A stretch of 64,000 bases of DNA. Origin: Octopus bimaculoides. Lineage: Eukaryota. A program made the translations under genes and the position numbers. The DNA lies in NCBI RefSeq assembly GCF_001194135.2, contig NC_068988.1, positions 37,127,554 to 37,191,553 of the forward strand. The letters are read 5' to 3'. A model generated the notes under the pieces. That model had not been told where the DNA came from and made no database searches. It worked only from the letters and a program-made list of their open reading frames with translations. Positions 22,564 through 38,275 of this stretch are shown piece after piece. Within the stretch, counting starts at the first letter, position 1, and the number at the start of each line of letters is the position of its first letter.

Positions 22564-24169
22564 NNNNNNNNNNNNNNNNNNNNNNNNNNNNNNNNNNNNN
22601 NNNNNNNNNNNNNNNNNNNNNNNNNNNNNNNNNNNNNNNNNNNNNNNNNNNNNNNNNNNNNNNNNNNNNNNNNNNNNNNNNNNNNNNNNNNNNNNNNNNN
22701 NNNNNNNNNNNNNNNNNNNNNNNNNNNNNNNNNNNNNNNNNNNNNNNNNNNNNNNNNNNNNNNNNNNNNNNNNNNNNNNNNNNNNNNNNNNNNNNNNNNN
22801 NNNNNNNNNNNNNNNNNNNNNNNNNNNNNNNNNNNNNNNNNNNNNNNNNNNNNNNATATATATATACATAGAGAGAGAGAGAGAGAGCCAGAGAAATAGA
22901 TAGATAGACAGACAGACGGGTGGTCAGATAGATAGATAAATACATACATTCACACATGTATTGCAAATAAGTGTTCATGATGCGTGGTTGCTTAGGTGGG
23001 TGAGTAAACATATATGTAATTATGTGTGTGTGTACGTATATACGTAGATACGAAATAGAAGGAAACCAAGAAGGCGGAAAGTGTTTAATCTAAAAACCTA
23101 ATTAGAGGATAAGGCTTCCATAAGTGAAAGATGCGGTATGAATGTTATTCCCTTATCACATCAGTTTAGATGAAGGTTATTTATTTTCTTACATTCTATC
23201 AATGACAATTGGCTAAGGGTTAAGGTTTTGTAAATTAATTTTACAGGCCGTAATATTGTTGTGCTTGTTACTATGTAATTTTGTATATGTCAATAAACAA
23301 CGATTATGTATTGAGGTATACTTTCTTATTTCATCGTATCTAATGTTCTTTCTGTCAGAGTTTTGACTTTGACATTCCCCTGAGTAATTGTCTGTATTTC
23401 ATCATACGGCCGATGAGAAAATGCGATGAAGTATCATACCTGGTCGATGGCTATATCGCCTACGTTAAGACATACCACAGTTATTACGCAAGAACCAATG
23501 AAAATGCCAGTACAACTTTTACTTGTGTATTCGCGATGTAGAATGAAGCTATGCTCATGGGATTTTAAAAGTTTGTTGTGCAATCATGCGATTTAATTAT
23601 TGTACGCCTTACCTTAGGTATGTTCTTTCCATGGTCTCGAATCAACAAAAGAAACTGGGTAGAAGTAAACTTCTGCAGAAGTTAGTCAAATGAAACGTAC
23701 ATGTAATTCAAAATGTCCTGTTGATTATATAAGCGTGCGTTGAATACTATGCTACTTAATCGTTGATATAACGAAAGGTCGAAAGGAATCTTCAGATGAT
23801 AGAATGACACGAATGGAGATTGACGAAAATACGGAGGAAGTAAGTACTTTTAATTCATTCCTTGCGTAAGCGACGTTTTGACAGTAAGCAATACATATAT
23901 GGTGAGGTGGAGGAACATGTACAGAATCGGTATTGCACAGCATAGCATAGAATTAAAATCCCACCGAACTTGTAGCCGTTCATCTTTCTAAAATCGATAC
24001 AATAGCTGATGGCGAGGTGCTGAAGGCCATCAAATCGACGGTATTTGTATTTTTTAAACTTGAAAGCGTCTTCGTATATGACAATTCAGGTTCAAAGAAT
24101 GTTTTAGAAACCAATTAATTGGAAACCAGAAGGCAATTATGAGAGCAATGATTACTATTATGAAATTAC

Positions 24170-25480
24170 AGCGGATGACAGGACGGATAACAAGGCAGGC
24201 GTCAGTGTCTACCTGGACGGCCTGCCACGCCTCTCGGCCGCGGAAATACAGGAAGCGATGAAGAATTGCACGAGAGGTAGATCGCCGGGTTTGGATGGTT
24301 TACCCTACGAGCTTTATACTTCGATGCCAGACATGTTTTCGGGCCTCTTAGCAAATGTCTACAGCAACTGGCAGCAAAGTAGAATTCCCACATTTGTCTG
24401 TTGAGGGGTTGTGGCATTGCTGATAAAGGACCCAAACAAGGGGGCGTTATAGAGAATTTCAAGCCCATCACTCTGCTTCATGCAGAATTGAAGATTTTGG
24501 CCAAAGTGTTAGCCAAGAGATTGGCGCTTGTCGTGGACAAACTGGTTGGCGAGGCGCAAACTTACGCCATGCCAAACAGGAGTATTCACGATAACCTCAA
24601 CCTTATGCGCTACATCATAGAGAGGGTGGGTAACGAAGGTGTCATGGGTGGGGCTCTGATCAATTTATATCAATCTAAAGCTTTTGATAGGGTCGACCAT
24701 CAATGTTTGGCAGCTGACCTCAGGGAAGCTACTTTGAGTCTACTTTTCCGCAGTTTGATCGCTGCTTTGTACAGCAAAATCTGCTCGGTCGTTCGGGTGA
24801 ATGGTCACCTGTCGGAGCCATTCAGCATCTTGCATCCTGTCCGTGAAGGATATCCTCTCTCCTCCCTTCTGTATGTACTGACTCTTGAGCTATTACTGCG
24901 GAAGTTGGAGGCTTTGAGGGGAGTCCCGCGATTTCTAGGATGAGGGAGAAGTGTCTGCTTAAGCTATGAAGTTACCGTCATAGTTTCTAGCCACAGGCAT
25001 ATAGAAGTCATTGGCGAAATACTACAGGAATATGAAAAGATGACAGGAGCTAAAATTAACGCGGAAAAGTCCGTGGGCTTATAACTCGCACCTTGAGAGG
25101 CAAGTCCATGCCGTCCAACAGTGTCATGGAGCGCTGGACAGAAGGTCCCCTTAAGTTGCTCGGAGTTTGGTTTGGTCCGGCTCCCAGCTGGAGAAAAACT
25201 TGCACGAGGTGAGGAGCAGGGTAGCCAATCTCACACAGAGATGGGCCGAAAGAAAGCTGTCTCTGAAAAGTTGCGCGGAAGTGGTAAATGCGTACATCGC
25301 ACCCATTATCTATTACCACTTGACTGTCGTTCCATTGACTTGTTTGCTGGTTGACCACTCTGGTGCGCTTACTCTTTCGCTTTCTGTGTAAGGGGTGTGT
25401 CCCACTGGTCAGGTAATCCATATACTGTTAACAGCACTCTGAATGGAAGGCTGGGCATGCCGTGGTTACTGATACGTAGT
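24170..25480 (+). pseudogene. L1/Tx1-clade LINE reverse transcriptase fragment
   Basis: RSPGLDGLPYELY; NFKPITLLHAELKILAKVLAKRL; SKAFDRVDH; VREGYPLSSLLYVLTLE; MTGAKINAEKS. Stops and frameshifts; the YADD motif is degraded near 24960-24975. Confidence 0.9.
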
Positions 25481-25789
25481 TTCTGCCCCACGTTATTTCC
25501 ATTTCTTCAGTGTACTGTAGTGATCGGTAGATAAAGTTAGTGTACTTCGGTGTTTTCCTATGGTAACATATTGTAAACTGCTGTGTGTGTGTACGTGCGT
25601 ATGTGTGTGTATTAAACTGTTCTTCTTTCTCTATTCTAGAAATCACTGGTACTTTATATATGTTAAACACAATCTTTACACATGTATATATATTCTCATA
25701 ATTGTTTAAATAAATAGACATAATATAAAGTCTAACAGTTGATGAATACCACTTCTGGATCCCATCCATTTTCTTCTTGCCGTACACAC

Positions 25790-27170
<1,381 letters not shown>

Positions 27171-27261
27171 CAAGGAATCAAATCATCCACCCATAATTCT
27201 TAAGACCTTAGTAATATATGAAGGTTTACATATTATATAATTTATATCTTCAGACAAGACA

Positions 27262-27505
27262 GAGTTTCAAAATACCGCGCCGTATTATAACAATGCATTA
27301 AGGAACAGTGGATTCTCGGAGAAGATCCAGTATAGTCAAATTACTTCTAGTAATAATGGACCACTAGAACTAGGAAAGTTTTATGGGTTAATCCGGCATT
27401 CAAAATTGCCGTAAGAACAAATATAGGTAAGGGACTTTTAAAACTAGTTTCTAAATTTTTTCAAACTAGCCGTAAGTTTACGACTCACAATAAACTGAAA
27501 TGAAA
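27262..27505 (+). pseudogene. Penelope-like element fragment (RT-to-endonuclease linker)
   Basis: With frameshifts: EFQNTAPYYNNALRNSGFSEKIQY / RTRKVLWVNPAFKIAVRTNIG / RDFLKLVSKFF, resembling the PLE motif RKIIWFNPP.S..V.TNIG..FL.L..KHF. Confidence 0.65.
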
Positions 27506-28336
27506 ACAAGGTAATGCATGTTACAAATGTTTTGATAATAATAGACATTAATGATTCAAAAAGAAAANNNNNNNNNNNNNNNNNNNNNNNNNNNNNNNNN
27601 NNNNNNNNNNNNNNNNNNNNNNNNNNNNNNNNNNNNNNNNNNNNNNNNNNNNNNNNNNNNNNNNNNNNNNNNNNNNNNNNNNNNNNNNNNNNNNNNNNNN
27701 NGTGTGTGTGTGTGTGTGTGTGTGCGTGTGTGTTAAAGAAAAATGCAATGTAAATCTAAATTTACTCTACAAAAGAATAATTCGGTAAACAATGTTACGA
27801 AATTGAAATAAAATTAAACCTTACACTTACTCACTCACCTCAATATTTACACAGGATTAGTCCACATTTTGAGTTATAAAAATATAATAATTTGTAGCAG
27901 ATTTGGGTTTAACCCAATATATAACTTATATCTCCGCTGATTAAACGTGGAAATGAACCTGTTTTCATTAGAAATCAAAGCAGAAAAATCTTGATTGCAT
28001 AAATCATTTATATCTGGACAACTTTTAGTCAACCTTTATCTTATTCAGGATCCCTTTCTAATAGGCATGTGCATTATACCGTAAGCTTGAAATCCCACCA
28101 CCCATAATCTGATAGCAGATAATATGGTGACGAATATATTTTATGTAAATAGCTTATTACTCTTAACGAGCCCACTGAGTTGCAGTTCAAACAACGATCG
28201 GAACAAAGCCACGGCAGGAACGCTACTACGTTGATCGCATGGTAAATAGGCAATACAATATCTGTTTTGAAATTTATATTAATTCACACCAAGACTGAAA
28301 ACCAGTAATAGAACAAGAGTATGGTGCATTATCCTT

Positions 28337-28375
<39 letters not shown>

Positions 28376-28395
28376 AAGAATATATATATACATGT

Positions 28396-28455
<60 letters not shown>

Positions 28456-29531
28456 TTCTTTTTTACGCACAGGTTAGCATATGTATTAATGGTTCCTTCT
28501 AAAACATATATTTAATGTGAAGCCTTGACTATGAAAGCTAAAGAATATAATGGCTAGATACGAACCCACTATAAGCTGCAAAATGTTTAACCCGGTGGTC
28601 AAGCTTCTCTACCAACAAGACCTACTCGGGTTCAATATGAAATTTGTTGTTTATATAGATACCAGGGCTCAGTTGTGGTGGGTATATAATGTAGGTTAAA
28701 TATAGCTAATATCCAGTAAATCTAGCTGATACTCCAGCACTCAAGTGATTCTTATTTTATATACTCCGGATTTGAATTTAGGAAATAAATGTTTGCACGA
28801 ATTTTATGCATCATTCTACCAACCAACAAGTCGATCATGCAGAATACGCTTGACCTGCAGCTTATGTAAAAGACTATAGTTGTTTAGATTAACCTTGGTA
28901 CTTGACAGGTAGTTATTTAATTGTCACTGACTGGTGGCAGACTAAGTCAATCCTGACAAAATTTAAACTGAAAATGTAAAACAGGATGAATTTTATTCAT
29001 CATTCAGCTATTACTGTCTCTAATTGCCCTGATTGAATACATTTGTTGATATATAACACAAATAATTTGTATATGAGTAACATAGATGGTACCTACAACT
29101 GTCTCAAATGCAGTAGTGCCTGAAAGGAATCATCAAGTGGGAACCAAGATGTTTTGGGAATTTACCACATTGTGTTTACATTTTTCCCAACAGTCCTCCT
29201 ACTGCATTGCCAAGAAGATTTTTTCTTGCATTGCTTCAATTTGAATACCCTAAAATCTCCGCACACAGCAATACAATACAATGTGGCTAACAAAGGATAA
29301 AAATGTAAACTGAAAAGAATAAATCGATTATTTCTCCAACGATGCTTTTTCATGCCTGTTAATCAATAACGAAACAAAATCAATCTGACCAAAGTTGAAC
29401 ATGTAGACGACTATAGACCACGAAGAATAGGTAATACAAAAGTTATTTACGAAACAAGGCAATAAATTAGCAGAACTTCAAATTTCCTCGAACAGGAGAT
29501 AATAGAAATAACGTTAACTAGAGAAGATTAC

Positions 29532-29616
29532 CTGTTTGAAATACAAGCAAATCGTAAGGCATCTGCGTAATTTGACCAAATAGCAACAGCTGCCAAATTC
29601 CTCTCCAATACATTTT
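29532..29616 (-). CDS. Candidate 85-nt exon encoding MYWRGIWQLLLFGQITQMPYDLLVFQT (ATG at 29613, phase-1 donor)
   Basis: Acceptor cctttctatttgttaacag, then AAA-ATG, donor CAG/GTAATC, open frame, short hydrophobic core. No recognisable homology. Confidence 0.25.
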
Positions 29617-30409
29617 CTGTTAACAAATAGAAAGGTATGTGTTGCAATGTAGTCTTAGCTATACTGTTTGAATAAACGAAAAAAGGAAAAAGGTCACTGC
29701 TCAAGCTATTCAATCACGATTTTCTTCAATCAGGTCTTGTCAACATTATTGAATATAAGCAAATGCTTTAAAATGCGAATTCTGTATAACAAATATTTTA
29801 AAATTCTATTTGAAACGATCATATGATATAATGAAAGTTTTGAAACACTAGTCATCCCTTCTGATAGGAAATAATTCTGCCAATGATGATCTTTATGATC
29901 TTCTAACATTAGTTAAACGGCCAAAATTTTATTCAATTCTGTAAACTGTTCTATATACGAGTATATCCCCATTGTTCTTACTGTAAAGGAATAGGTTAAT
30001 GTTCTTCAGAAACAAAATGACTTCTGAATGAATGCAAGGATTCACTAAAATCAGTAAAAGACAGTCGATTGTGCTTATAAGCTGTCCTGTCTCTGAAGAG
30101 TCAAAATATTCATATCCAACTATTATTTGAGACCTGTCAAGATATACTAATTAAACAATTTGGAGTAGATATCATACTTCTAATGTTGATATTTGAGGAC
30201 CAGGAGGTCCGTATTGAAAAGGGGAAAAATACTGTTATGGGACTCCTCATACTGTAACATAATTCATGCCTAGGTGGATGCAAAAATTATATATTACTAG
30301 TGAAAAGATAATTGAATATTTTATTTTTCTTTAACTTCGAGAAATACTTATATGCAGTGATAGATATTAGAGAATGTTCTGAGGGTGACATGGTGAAGTA
30401 TACATACAT

Positions 30410-30830
30410 ATGTACATACATACACACACACACACACTCGCAAACAAACACACACATACACACACACACACACACATACACACACACACATACACACACA
30501 CACACACACACACAAGTGTGTACATATTATTTTATTATTTGGATACTTAAGAAACAAGGCACAACCAGAAATGGCAAGGTAGGATAACATTGGAGCTCTC
30601 GTTGAAACAATATCTACATCTATATGTGTGTGTGTGTTTGTGTGTGCGTGTGTGTGTGTGTTTCTGTATGCGTGTGTGTGTGTTTCTGTGTATGTGTATG
30701 CGTGCGTGTGTAGATAGTCAGATAGATAGACAGATAGATAAATAGATAGATAGACAGATAGATAAATAGATAGATAGACAGATAGATAAATAGATAGATA
30801 GACAGATAGATAAATAGATAGATAGCGGGA
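30410..30830. repeat. (CA)n, (TG)n and (GATA/GACA)n microsatellites
   Basis: Read directly from the sequence. Confidence 0.9.
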
Positions 30831-31035
30831 TAGATAGCTTTCTATTTACCCTTGTATATACTTGTGTAATATTTTATGCATTGTGAAGGGGTTGTAACTT
30901 CACTCTATAGTTAATCATCGTAAAATACAATACAGTGTGGTATTTATATATATATATATTCTTTTATTTATTTGAATTTACCTTTTATTATTATCATATA
31001 CTTTTTATTTATCTTTTTAAATTTTTATATATACA

Positions 31036-31420
31036 TAGGTGCAGGAGTTACTATGTGGTAAGTAACTTGCTTACCAGCCACATAATTCCGGGATTAGTCC
31101 CACTGCGTGGTACTTTGGGCAAGTGTTCGTACTATAGTGTCGGGCCGACCAAAGCCTTGTGAGGGGATTTGGTAGACGGAAACTGAAAGAAGTCCGTCGT
31201 GTATATATATATATTTGTGTGAAGGTGATTCTCGTTCCATCATCACTTGACAACCGTTGTTGGTGTGTTTACGTCCTCGTAACTTAGCGGTTCGGCAAAA
31301 GACTCGATAGAATATGTAATAGGCTTACAAAGAATAAGTCCTAGGATTTGATCGACGAGAGGCGGTGTTCCAGCACGGCCGCAGTCTAATGACTGAAACA
31401 TATAAAAGAATAAAAGAATA
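31036..31420 (+). mobile_element. Near full-length family A tRNA-derived SINE
   Basis: TAGGTGCAGGAG..TGTGGTAAG head; CGGGCCGACCAAAGCCTTGTGAG..GATTTGGTAGACGGAAACTGAAAGAAG core; AACTTAGCGGTTCGGCAAAAG; GGCCGCAGTCTAATGACTGAAACA(TAAAAGAA) tail. Confidence 0.85.
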
Positions 31421-31529
31421 TATATATATATAGCTAGGTACGATGCCATGGAGCTATCGTTGAAAAATTATGTACGACTATATGTTCTTGTGTGTCTGTA
31501 TTTGTCTGTAGAAGGACAGATATATATAT

Positions 31530-31531
31530 AT

Positions 31532-31596
<65 letters not shown>

Positions 31597-31650
31597 CAGA
31601 CAGATAGATAGATAACTGTATATATATATATATATATACATATATATATG
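31530..31650. repeat. (GATA)n and (TA)n microsatellites
   Basis: Read directly from the sequence. Confidence 0.95.
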
Positions 31651-33101
31651 CAGAAATATATAATTATGTACATGCTCCTTTCTATGCATTCTATCAGAGC
31701 ATAGATATATGGATGCCCGCATTACTTCAAATTATAAATTTGATGTTAGTACAGAAATATTTATAATAAATATAAAACAAAGTAGCGTGACTCACATTTA
31801 TGTATACGTAAGCAGATTCAAATGTATCAAAATGTTTTAACATATTTAGACATAGGCACACGCATACGTTATGTGTTGTGCACCTATGCATGTGCATAAG
31901 ATTATTAATGGACAAAGATTAGTGTGAAAAATTTATGTATATGAAAATATAAACATAACTTCGCTCTTAAATGTTGCTGCTCTTTTTCTTTAAAATCAGT
32001 TGTGGGCATTTATATATTTCAGATAATGAATGTATATTTTATGTATAAGATGCATATGAATCTGTTATATGCTACTGAATCCACTGCCAAATTATGGACG
32101 AATTAGATATGCTGTAATCGCCAACCACATAGGGAAAGGATAAGAATTCGTCGATATCACCGGATAGAATTTCGCGATATGGCTCCATTTAAATTACTTC
32201 AAACTAACATATGCAATATGACAGAACTGAATATCATCAGAACATTAATAACTTAATTGACAGATAAATATCAAAGAGTAAAACATAGCTCCCAACTTTG
32301 ATATTATCTACATACTATCGCTATCCATATATTAGCATAATATTCACAAAGTTCCATTGATTTCCGACTGTATAAGCGCAATAATATTTTGTATCGAAAA
32401 TAATTTTTATCTTGATTTATTCATAGTGATGACATATTTTCCTCGATACAACCGATCGTTTAGCATTTTATCTCTTTAAATAATCAAAGTAAATATTTTT
32501 TTCATTTGAAGTTCTAATAAATTTATTTTTCTCATTTGAGATTTCATAACCATCGTTGGATCATGTTTTTCTTTCGTACAGAAAAGCTGTGTCCCATTCT
32601 GTATTACCATGTTTTTATATTTTTTATTATTTTTTCAACAACAAAAAACATAGATGACATTCTATGTTCTGAGATATATACCTCCATTAATTTCTGTAAA
32701 GATAACAATATTCCAATTTTCTGCCATTTCACGATATAACATACATAGATGAAATATATATGCGATTGTTAATAATCGATTTTGTTATCATAGACATATA
32801 TCAGATTTATTGTGTGTAATACAGAATCATTATGTTTAATTTTGCAATAATTCTCAGCATAATGCTTTCACTTATTTAGTGATTTATTCATTTATTTATT
32901 TATATTCGGTGAGTTTCAAAACAGATAATAGCGTCACTGAAAAGTAAACAGGAATGCAATATAGATAAATATACAGGTTAAGGTTAGGATCGGTTTGCAC
33001 TGCCTATTATAGCGCCTTATAATTTGAATAAATATTTGACTTAGTATCAAACAAAATCTGAACGGATGGAAGCAGATAGAATCCCTTCTTTACATAAACA
33101 A

Positions 33102-33300
33102 AGGCATGCTTAGGTGGTTAAAAAGTTCACTTCTCAACAATTTGGCTTTGAGTTCGGGTCCATGGCTCGTGATTATTGATTCGACAAAACAGACCGATAG
33201 AACAAGTATCAGACATGAAACAATCAGTACTCGGATCAATGTATTCACTTATACATTTCCCACGCAGGAATTCAGCGTGACTGAAAGAAGCAAAAGAAAA
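33102..33300 (+). mobile_element. Internally deleted family A-like SINE
   Basis: AGGCATGCTTAGGTGGTTAAAAAG head, ACAAAACAGACCGATAGAACAAGTA and TGACTGAAAGAAG tail. Confidence 0.5.
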
Positions 33301-35046
33301 AAAAAGGAAAAGATATACATATGGTCATGGTCAATATTGGAATATATTTGCATAAATTATTACAAGCACAAATATATAAAACTCTTTGTGGTTTTTATGG
33401 ATGAGCATTCTAAGTGGTCTCTTAATACACTGGAAACAACTGTGACATTTCTTTTAATAAACGTGTCAATTGTTTTAATAAGAAAGGATACACTGTACAA
33501 TATAGACGTTGATATATAAAATGGCCTATACATCAGGCTCTGAAAATTTTTTAATGTTGTTTGTTCTGTCGGAAATGACCTGGAGCTAAGCCACAGTGAA
33601 AACATTAGTTGTGTTGCTTTGTACGTTTATATATATATTAATATATTTCTGCTGCATGTTTTGTGTAATAGATTTTATTTTAAAGTTCAAGTAAACAAAC
33701 TTCACAAAATCAGCGTCATATATGTCTTTGGTGATTGGAATATTTTATGAGAGAATTGTGGTGATAGTATAGAATATGTATGTATTCGTTTAATGTAAGA
33801 TATAATCAAGTTGAAAGATAAATTAGGAACAAGTTCTGTCATGACTAAACTGAAAATTAGCTTTCAGTATCATTTTAGATCAAATCAGCTGCGAGAATTT
33901 AACATGACCCAAATTTGTTACTTTACATATTGGACTAATGCTACATTATCGAAGATTTATAAACATGCAATCAACTATATTGATATCACAATAACAGGAT
34001 GGAGTTAGAGCTGCATTTAAATTGATCGAAGCTAGAATATAAATTCTCAAAGAAATTATTTCTCTTGAATACTTGTCTGTAATATACAGGCAGTACATAA
34101 GTTAATGACATGAGGAAGTCTCTACAAGGTGCAAAGGTCTGCTAGAAATAGAAACCAGATCGTCTCCAAATCAAACACGTGAAACAAATCTCAATAAATA
34201 AAAAATATGCTTTGTACTGTATATGTAAACAAAGGAGATAGTGCAATTAGAAAGCCTTTTATCACAGACCTACTTGATCATAGCTAAAACTATAAAAACT
34301 AAAAAAAAAACAGCAGCAATCATAATAGCAACGAGTTGTACAATTTACGCAGAAGTATACGACTTCTTAATACAAGATGTGTCCTTTGTTTGTTGGTTGC
34401 ATTTAGAGTACAGACGTTCTGGAATTAAAGAATATTGGAAGAAAAGTATGTTTCTTAAATCATAAATTATATCAATCATAAAAGAATATATTATTAACAA
34501 ATTGAATTTACTAACGAAGAATATGTTTACAAAATGTTGCCAGTTACTTGCCATTAGCGACTGTAATATTCGTATTTGACATGTTTAAATAATATCTGTA
34601 AACAGAGGTCGTACTCATGAGATATATGATATTGATTTTCCTCCGGCTATACGATAAGCTGACTTAACAAGAAGTAATTCAGATGCAGTTATATAACTTT
34701 TTACAAACATACGTGTGTGAAAGCACATGCCTGCTGATTTGGAGTATTGTGCACATGATTTTTAAGTTCGTGAATTCGATTCCTAGGACAAGCAATGCGA
34801 GTCATTTTATTTTACGCATCCGCCATAAACACATACACACGTCCATGTCCATTTCCTCCCTCTTTCACTTTATACTGACTTCCAACAAAATGTACATTTC
34901 CACTCACAGGAATAAATAAATAAAAAATTTTTACGGAATTTACCGAACGCTCTAAGGTAACAGCTGAGCTGCGCTCGACTCTTCAGAATCAACAGGCATG
35001 ACCATTAAGTATATACATAGATACGTGCAGAAAGCATTCAGTTGTA

Positions 35047-35274
35047 TTAGGTTGTCCGGAAAGTTCATGCCGATTTATAGTAGCTTCCCTTTCGACTTAT
35101 TTGCCATGAAACCACCTCAATTCTAGGAAGAGTGTATTTTCAAGTTAAAGGAAATATGGAGATGCATTGTGCAACAAAATTGTTCATATTTTGTTGAATA
35201 AAAATGTAATGGCAAGTATTTATTGACCTTTTTCTTTCCTTTAAAAATCAGCACGAACTTTCTGGACAACCCAA
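35047..35274. mobile_element. Tc1/mariner-type MITE (228 bp)
   Basis: 30-bp TIRs ttaggttgtccggaaagttcatgccgattt and aaatcagcacgaactttctggacaacccaa (26/30 match); TA at 35045-35046 and 35275-35276. Confidence 0.85.
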
Positions 35275-35793
35275 TAAAATCCCGTACCAAACATAGAAAA
35301 AGGTGACATTCACTGGTATATTCTCGAAATCTTCTTAATTGGAGTTTTTGCGTATGTGTGATTCTCTGTCTAGACATCGCTTGGTATTATGTTATTCACT
35401 CATACCAATAGATGAAACAAGACACCAACAGACTATGTGAATATCTTCTCCGGCAAGCAATGATTTTTTTTTAAATCTACAATTTTGTCTTTTCATGTTT
35501 AAAAAAATCAATAACAATCCTTTTTGTTTTAAAATTACTTTGTTATGATCTCATTGTAAAGTAAACAAGAAGTCCTGGAAATAAAGAATTGTTAACTGAG
35601 ACAGCCCAGCATGTAGATTTTGGTGCTACTGGCACTAAACATTTAACGTAGGGAGTTAGGAAAATGATCTAATGTATATAATATTTTGTGACTGTTTCAC
35701 GAAAAGATTATTACGGTATCAATCTATGGTAATGATCACAAATCATTATTATGCAAATGTCATATATACAGTGTACAGTCTCCACATTTATTC

Positions 35794-35845
<52 letters not shown>

Positions 35846-35913
35846 TTGTACGCAAGTGTATGTATATATATGTGGGGGCCTGTATCTGTGTTAATGTTTG
35901 TGTATGAATGTAT

Positions 35914-36013
35914 GTCATTATTCAGTTTTATTTCAAGATTCCTTGCCAATAGAGAAAGGGTTAATTTCTAACCTAGATCCAAGGCTCCTTCATTGGAATT
36001 TCAACATCAACAA
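35914..36013 (-). mobile_element. 3' tip of the (TACA)n-associated R4-like LINE
   Basis: Colinear with 58464-58563; ATGT/ACGT units on both sides. Confidence 0.8.
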
Positions 36014-36119
36014 TTTCAACATATGTACGTATGTATGTATCCATGTATCAGTGTGCCAACCAAAATATCAGCGGTTGAAGTCCTACAAATATTCTTCCTC
36101 ACATATTTGTAGACTTCCA

Positions 36120-36345
36120 ATGTGCTACCCCGTTGAGTAGGCGGGAAGGCAAACATAGCCCAGCTTTGCTCAACGGAACACCAGTTTGTCACAGGATTAC
36201 CCATTTAGAGCTGGTACAATTGGATGCAACAACTTGAAAATGAAGTGGTTTGCCCGACAACACAAGGCAGAGCCGTTCTGGGAATCGAAACTACTATCTT
36301 ACAATTCTTAGTGCAACATCATAACCGCTAAGCCACGAATCTTCA
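36120..36345 (-). mobile_element. Family B-like tRNA-derived SINE
   Basis: Minus strand reads TGGCTTAGCGG (A-box) and AGTTTCGATTCC (B-box). Confidence 0.65.
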
Positions 36346-36444
36346 CACACGGATACATGTATACACACAAACAAATATGCATGTATATATTTGTGTGCAT
36401 GAACATATATTTGTGTGTGTATATAAAACACAGGACCACGTATA

Positions 36445-36654
36445 GTCTTTTCTACTCTTGGCACAAGGCCCGAAGTTTTGGGGCCAGTCGATTAGATCTA
36501 ACCCAGTATGCAACTGGTACTTAATTTATCGATCCCGAAAGGATGAAAGTCAAAGTCGACCTCGGCGGAATTTGAACTCAGAACGTAAAGACAGACGAAA
36601 TACCGCTAAGCATTTCACCCGGCGTGCTAACGTTTCTACCAGCTCGCCGCCATA
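36445..36654 (-). mobile_element. Family C SINE with putative TSD
   Basis: Well-preserved copy; flanks aggaccacgtata (36432-36444) and aggagcacatata (36655-36667), 11/13 identical. Confidence 0.88.
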
Positions 36655-36984
36655 AGGAGCACATATATTATACCAATAATGTGTGAGAGAATGTGTAAGT
36701 ATGTGTGAGAAACTGAGGTCAATTCATAACATTTACTAATGGCAGTATTCAACATAATCATTGTAAAGTTCCTGTTAACTTTTAAGCTTCGCCTGTCCGA
36801 TAGTATTCACCGTCATCATATAGTATTCACCGTCATCATATGCTAAACCCAGTTTCATTGTAGTCTCTCTGTAACTATGGCAAGCTTCAGCATTAACAAT
36901 CCTCATCTCTTCAAATGATGTAGCTCCGGAAATATATAGTAAAGCTCTCAGATAGACTTGCTCTTGTTCCTTTAGTGAAACAAA

Positions 36985-38030
36985 TTAGATACCCCCAAAT
37001 GAGTGTGTATTATTTTCTGAGGTGCCACATTTTCGCACTATTATTCCATGTGTAAAATTCAGGGAAATCAGTATAGTGTAATGTATATGAAAACGAGTTA
37101 GCTGGTGATTCGCGGCTAACTCGCATCCATTCAGTGAAAGTGAACCTGTTATGTGTGTGGATAATATGTTCAAAATCATCATCGTCATTAAAGTAAATGT
37201 ATTGCAGCTGCAATAAATTAATTGTAAGCTGTGTGACTGCAGGATATGAACCATGTTATTTGAGACCTAAAGTCCTCCAGACTGCCTCTAGTGAGTAAAC
37301 ATAGCGGCCATTGACATAATTTTCAATTTTATTTTTGTGTGTTTGTCGTGCATTGGTTTGTCCACTAATATTGACTGTCGCCCGATCATGACCTGTATGA
37401 ATGTATTTGCTAATATATTTAACTGATTTTACAGATGCACATATCTCTACATTACAATGACCTCTATATTTGACTAAAAAGAAGTGGGTATATGGTACTA
37501 CTGAACGATTATCTAATTCAACATTAGACTTTGTGAAATGTAAAACCATTAATTCGACGTCGGTAAAGTGGCTAGCCATTATAACAGTGTAATGTATTTT
37601 CCTGAAAGTCTCTAGGAAAGTGTTTTTTACATTTCCTATCACCCATACAGGTTACATTGGGTTTATTTCTTCCACATGGATCATGTAGCATGCTTTTGGT
37701 GATATGTTGAAACAGAATTGGTTGTGTTTGTGGATTTGGAATTTCTGCATAAACAAATTTATCATAATGCTCTAGATCTACGCTTTTGAAACTCTATAGC
37801 CCGCATGTACCCTGCAAACTCTCCTAAAACATTCTTCTCCAAAATATCATGCAAACGATCCCTGAGTTTCATATTAAATACTCTCTCAGTTAAATCTGGT
37901 CTGTCAGATGGTGTCTATCCTGTATAAAATTTGACTGTGATATTGACTGAGCGACAAAAATTCTGACACAAATGAAAATTAAATTACTGAGTTGTACTTG
38001 CATAGCAAGTGACTCTATCTGAGATCGTCT
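36985..38030 (-). pseudogene. Helitron Rep (rolling-circle initiator) remnant
   Basis: Minus frames: IEFQKR; DKFVYAEIP..SMLHDPCG..CKKHFPRDFQ; LDNRSVVPY..KYRGHCNVEICASVKSVKYISKYIHTGHDRA; RYVYSLEAVWR; FTEWM..YTDFPEFYTW..KMWHLR. Confidence 0.88.
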
Positions 38031-38040
38031 GCTGAAACAA

Positions 38041-38275
38041 AAACAATTGCAGCGTGGAAGATGATTGTAAGCCATTTAAGGAAACACAATAAACCTTTAG
38101 ATTCACGTCAACATTTAAATTTAATCAGTGTCAAAATATTTTCGTCAGTGAACAGGTCACGGTTTTAGAGCGACGAAAATATTTTGACACAAATTAAATT
38201 TAAATGTTGAAGTGAATCTAACGGTTTTGTGTGCTCTTAAATGACTTACAAATATCTTCCACACTGCAATTATTT
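38041..38275. repeat. Fold-back palindrome (~105-bp arms, 25-nt loop)
   Basis: 38041-38146 aligns to the reverse complement of 38172-38275 over its full length; a partial third arm copy lies at ~38283-38332. Confidence 0.9.
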
